A stretch of 64,000 nucleotides of DNA from Verrucomicrobiia bacterium (GTDB lineage: Bacteria > Verrucomicrobiota > Verrucomicrobiia > Limisphaerales > JADLHS01). Below, piece by piece: positions 60,795 to 64,000 of this stretch. Location of the stretch: positions 1,040,492 to 1,104,491 of the forward strand of contig JAMLJH010000002.1 of the NCBI GenBank assembly GCA_023953615.1. Direction: 5' to 3'. Both the position numbers and the translations under genes were made by a program. The notes under the pieces are model-generated. The model searched no databases, had not been told where the DNA came from, and worked only from the letters and a program-made list of their open reading frames with translations. Positions within the stretch are counted from its first letter, which is position 1. Each line of letters opens with the position of its first letter.

Positions 60795-63608
60795 TTGTTT
60801 ATGGTTGATGCGCCGGTTGATCTCAATCACATAAGCCTCGCCTGGGTGGAAGGTTTATATGCCGATTTTTTGCGTGACCCAGCTTCCGTGCCGCCCGAAT
60901 GGCGCCGCTATTTTGCCGGCTTGGTGAACGGGGACGCGGCGGAGAAACAATTCGTCGCCCGGCCCAATTTCACGACTTACAGTGTCTTTAATCCACCCGC
61001 GGATCGGCGCACCGGTTTTACGCACCATGAAGTTTCCAGCATTGCCGGTCGCCAGGAACTGGTGGATGCGCTGATCCGCAGTTACCGGATGCGCGGGCAC
61101 ATCGTCGCGCAGATTGATCCGCTGGAACAACTCAAGGCCACGCCCCCGGAATTGGACCCCGCCTATCACGGTTTGACCGAGGCGGATCAGGACCGTCTCT
61201 TCGCCTGCGTCACGATGGAGCCGGATCGCCTGCTGACGTTGCGGGAAATCATTGAGCGCCTGCGCAACACCTACTGCCGCACCATCGGCGTGCAGTTCAT
61301 GCACATTGACAACTACGAAATGCGGTTGTGGTTGCAGGAAAAAATCGAGCGCTCCCAAAACCGGCTGGCATTGAGCCGCCAGGAGCAGTTGCGGATTCTC
61401 ACGCGGTTGACCGACGCCGTGATGTTCGAGGAATTCATCCGCAAGAAGTTCATCGGCGCGAAAAGCTTTTCATTGGAGGGTTGCGAAAGTTTGATCCCGT
61501 TGCTCGATCTGGCGATTGAACGGGCCGGGGAGCAAGGCGTGGACGACATCGTTCTGGGCATGGCGCATCGCGGGCGGTTGAACGTGCTCGCCAATATCAT
61601 CGGAAAAAGCCCGCGCGAAATCTTCCGCGAGTTTGAGGACACCGGCGCAAAGTCCAAGGATACCAGCGGCGGCGATGTGAAGTATCACCTCGGTTACAGC
61701 AATGACTGGACGACGGCCACCGGCAAGCAGGTGCATCTCTCGCTGTGCTTCAATCCGAGTCACTTGGAATTTGTCAATCCCGTGGCCACGGGGCGGGTGC
61801 GCGCGCGCCAGGATTTGAAGGGCGACACCGAACGCACCCGCAGCATGACGGTGTTGATTCATGGAGATGCGGCCTTCATCGGCGAAGGCGTGGTGCAGGA
61901 GACGCTGAATTTGAGCCGCGTGGCCGGTTACACCGTTGGCGGCACGTTGCACATCGTGGTGAACAACCAGATCGGATTCACCACGCGCCCCAAGGAAGGG
62001 CGCTCGACCATGTACGCCACCAGCGTCGCCAAAATGCTCCCGGCGCCCATCTTTCACGTGAACGGCGAAGACCCGGAAGCCGTGGCGCAATGCGTTTTAC
62101 TGGCGTTGGAATTTCGCGCGAAATTCAAACTTGATGTGGTTATTGACATGTATGGCTACCGCCGGCTGGGTCACAACGAAAGCGATGAACCGACGTTCAC
62201 GCAACCGATGTTGTATCGGCGCATCGCCAAGCGGAAACCGGTGCGTGAAGGTTATTTGGAACACCTGCTCAAACTCGGTGAAGTGACCCGTGCCGAAGCG
62301 GATCAGATCGCCGAACATCGGCAGGCCGCATTGGAACAGAATCTGGCGGAAGCGCGCAGTGAACCCGGGACTCAGCTTAACTTCGAGCGTTCCCGCAAAT
62401 GGAAGAATTTCTTTGGCGGACCCGAACCCGTGGAGGAGGTCGCCACCGGTGCGGAGCTGTCCCGACTGGCCGCATTGCTGGCCGCGCAAACCGAATTGCC
62501 GGCGGACTTTCATCCGCATCCGAAAATCGTGCGCTGGTTGGAAACGCGCAAGCAAATGGCTCGCGGCCAACACGCGCTCGATTGGGCGGCGGCGGAATCG
62601 CTGGCGTTCGGCACGTTGGCGACGGAAGGGGTGCGGGTGCGGTTGAGTGGTGAGGATAGCGGGCGCGGCACGTTCAGCCATCGGCACGCCGTGTTGCATG
62701 ATCACGAGAACGGCCAGCTTTACACGCCCCTGCAACATCTCGCGCCGGATCAAGCGCCGGTGGACATCTGGAACAGCCCGCTTTCCGAGACCGGCGTACT
62801 CGGTTTCGATTACGGTTATAGTCTGGACTGCCCGAACGGCCTCATTTTATGGGAAGCGCAGTTTGGCGATTTCGTCAACGCGGCGCAGGTCATCATTGAT
62901 CAGTTTATCGTCAGCGCGGAAAAGAAGTGGGATCACTTGAGCGGACTTGTAATGTTGCTGCCGCATGGTTTGGAAGGGCAAGGGCCGGAACATTCCAGCG
63001 CGCGTCTGGAGCGATTTCTTCAACAAGCCGCCGAGGACAACATCCAGGTTGTGTATCCCACCACACCCGCCCAGTATTTTCATCTGTTGCGACGGCAGGC
63101 GCTGCGCCGCTGGCGCAAACCGCTGATCATCATGACGCCGAAAAGTTTGTTGCGTCATCCTCAATCCGTTTCCACCCTGGCCGAACTGGCTGCGGGCCAG
63201 TTCCAGCGGGTCATCCCTGACGCCCGGCCCGCCGCGGCGGCGACGAAAACCAAACGGGTGTTGCTGTGCAGCGGCAAAGTGTATTTCGAACTGGCGGAAC
63301 AGCGGGAGAAAACCCAGCGCAACGAGGTCGCGATTTTGCGAGTGGAACAGTTATATCCGTTCCCTGAAACCCTGCTCGAAGCCGCGTTGCGCCAATATCC
63401 GGAAACCACGCCGGTATTTTGGGTGCAGGAAGAACCGGAGAACATGGGCGCCTGGCGCGAAATTCGGATGCGCTTCGGCGACCGCTTGCTCGGTCGCTGG
63501 CCGCTGGCGTTGATTTCGCGACCGCGCTCGCCCAGCCCGGCCACCGGGTCCGCAAAGGCGCACAAATTGAAACAAGCGGCGCTGGTTGCCGCCGCGTTGG
63601 GAGAATGA
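60795..63608 (+). CDS. sucA: 2-oxoglutarate dehydrogenase E1 component
   Basis: 937 aa. ..RMRGHIVAQIDPL.., GMAHRGRLNVLANI, LHGDAAF.GEGVV.ETLNLS, GYRRLGHNESDEP, and LWEAQFGDF.N.AQ. TTG at 60795 or ATG at 60801. Confidence 0.92.
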   Translation: MFMVDAPVDLNHISLAWVEGLYADFLRDPASVPPEWRRYFAGLVNGDAAEKQFVARPNFTTYSVFNPPADRRTGFTHHEVSSIAGRQELVDALIRSYRMRGHIVAQIDPLEQLKATPPELDPAYHGLTEADQDRLFACVTMEPDRLLTLREIIERLRNTYCRTIGVQFMHIDNYEMRLWLQEKIERSQNRLALSRQEQLRILTRLTDAVMFEEFIRKKFIGAKSFSLEGCESLIPLLDLAIERAGEQGVDDIVLGMAHRGRLNVLANIIGKSPREIFREFEDTGAKSKDTSGGDVKYHLGYSNDWTTATGKQVHLSLCFNPSHLEFVNPVATGRVRARQDLKGDTERTRSMTVLIHGDAAFIGEGVVQETLNLSRVAGYTVGGTLHIVVNNQIGFTTRPKEGRSTMYATSVAKMLPAPIFHVNGEDPEAVAQCVLLALEFRAKFKLDVVIDMYGYRRLGHNESDEPTFTQPMLYRRIAKRKPVREGYLEHLLKLGEVTRAEADQIAEHRQAALEQNLAEARSEPGTQLNFERSRKWKNFFGGPEPVEEVATGAELSRLAALLAAQTELPADFHPHPKIVRWLETRKQMARGQHALDWAAAESLAFGTLATEGVRVRLSGEDSGRGTFSHRHAVLHDHENGQLYTPLQHLAPDQAPVDIWNSPLSETGVLGFDYGYSLDCPNGLILWEAQFGDFVNAAQVIIDQFIVSAEKKWDHLSGLVMLLPHGLEGQGPEHSSARLERFLQQAAEDNIQVVYPTTPAQYFHLLRRQALRRWRKPLIIMTPKSLLRHPQSVSTLAELAAGQFQRVIPDARPAAAATKTKRVLLCSGKVYFELAEQREKTQRNEVAILRVEQLYPFPETLLEAALRQYPETTPVFWVQEEPENMGAWREIRMRFGDRLLGRWPLALISRPRSPSPATGSAKAHKLKQAALVAAALGE

Positions 63609-63617
63609 TTTGATTTT

Positions 63618-64000
63618 ATGGCCATTGAACTAAAAGTGCCGGCAGTCGGCGAATCCATCACCGAAGTAGAAATAGGCGACTGGCTCAAAGCCGAGGGCGC
63701 CGCGGTGGCGAAGGACGAAAATCTGGTCGTCATCGAAACCGAAAAAGCCACGGTGGAATTGCCCGCACCCGCCGCCGGACGATTGAGCAAAATTTTGCAA
63801 CCGACCGGTTCGACCGTCAAAGTCGGCGACGTGATTGCCTTGCTCGAGGCGGGCCAAATTGCAGCGTCAGGCAAACCAGCCTCGGCGCCGACCACACCAG
63901 CCACCCCGACCGAGCCGGCCGCCGCCGCTCGCTCGCGCGCCACGCCCCTGGCGGAGAAAGTTTTGGCCGAGCACGGATTGCAGGCGAATGAAGTCGCGGG
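63618..64000 (+). CDS. sucB: Dihydrolipoyllysine-residue succinyltransferase (E2), N-terminal part; 3' end lies outside the window
   Basis: Lipoyl domain MAIELKVPAVGESITEVEIGDWLK...VVIETEKATVELPAP, then an Ala/Pro linker and ..TPLAEKVLAEHGL (E3-binding domain start). The frame stays open to the window end. Confidence 0.85.
   Translation, partial: MAIELKVPAVGESITEVEIGDWLKAEGAAVAKDENLVVIETEKATVELPAPAAGRLSKILQPTGSTVKVGDVIALLEAGQIAASGKPASAPTTPATPTEPAAAARSRATPLAEKVLAEHGLQANEVA

Overview
High-GC bacterial chromosome segment. Its gene content suggests the PVC superphylum, probably Verrucomicrobiota-like: a DUF1559 H-X9-DG pseudopilin-like protein, many secreted beta-propeller and beta-helix proteins ending in an FYRxL-type C-terminal module, and a SET-domain protein. 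This placement is inference only. The window has two parts. (1) About 0-3.1 kb and 27-64 kb are housekeeping: LptF/G tail, tRNA-Pro, rluA-like, SET-domain gene coupled to purN, tRNA-Cys, pckG, gltS-ggt, rph, prmA, recR-ybaB-dnaX-ffs, M48 peptidase, GH29 fucosidase and sucA-sucB, interspersed with secreted repeat proteins. (2) About 3.1-25.6 kb is an accessory block at the 3' end of tRNA-Cys. It looks like two related, decayed integrative elements in tandem. Element 1 (3148-16691) is bounded by an exact 25-bp direct repeat of the tRNA-Cys 3' end. It carries an intact tyrosine integrase, an excisionase-like HTH gene, a head-to-head pair of 5'-truncated mobility genes (SNF2-type helicase and MOBF-type relaxase-helicase), a cluster of secreted proteins of unknown role plus an MFS transporter, and a RadC-like JAB gene preceded by about 190 nt of densely nested hairpins. 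Element 2 starts at the second att copy. It has a truncated paralogous integrase fused to the 3' flank of a trbJ-trbL type IV secretion remnant, then a TetR / secreted His-rich protein / DevBCA-like ABC exporter module and a two-gene cassette of unknown function. Doublets of a 12-mer (AGTGCCAGTGAA, with a variant in element 2) sit at identical offsets from the att cores and look like arm-type integrase sites. Elsewhere, a frameshifted RelE/ParE-type TA cassette and an AT-richer membrane-protein gene are inserted in the dnaX-ybaB spacer, flanked by a duplicated ybaB 5' end. Two intergenic spacers of that operon hold symmetric arrays of AT-rich heptad or octad repeats. No CRISPR array, rRNA, retron or obvious known defence system was seen. 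I could not identify one clearly novel multi-gene system; the best candidates are listed as findings. All functional calls rest on motif and family recognition by eye, with no database search.
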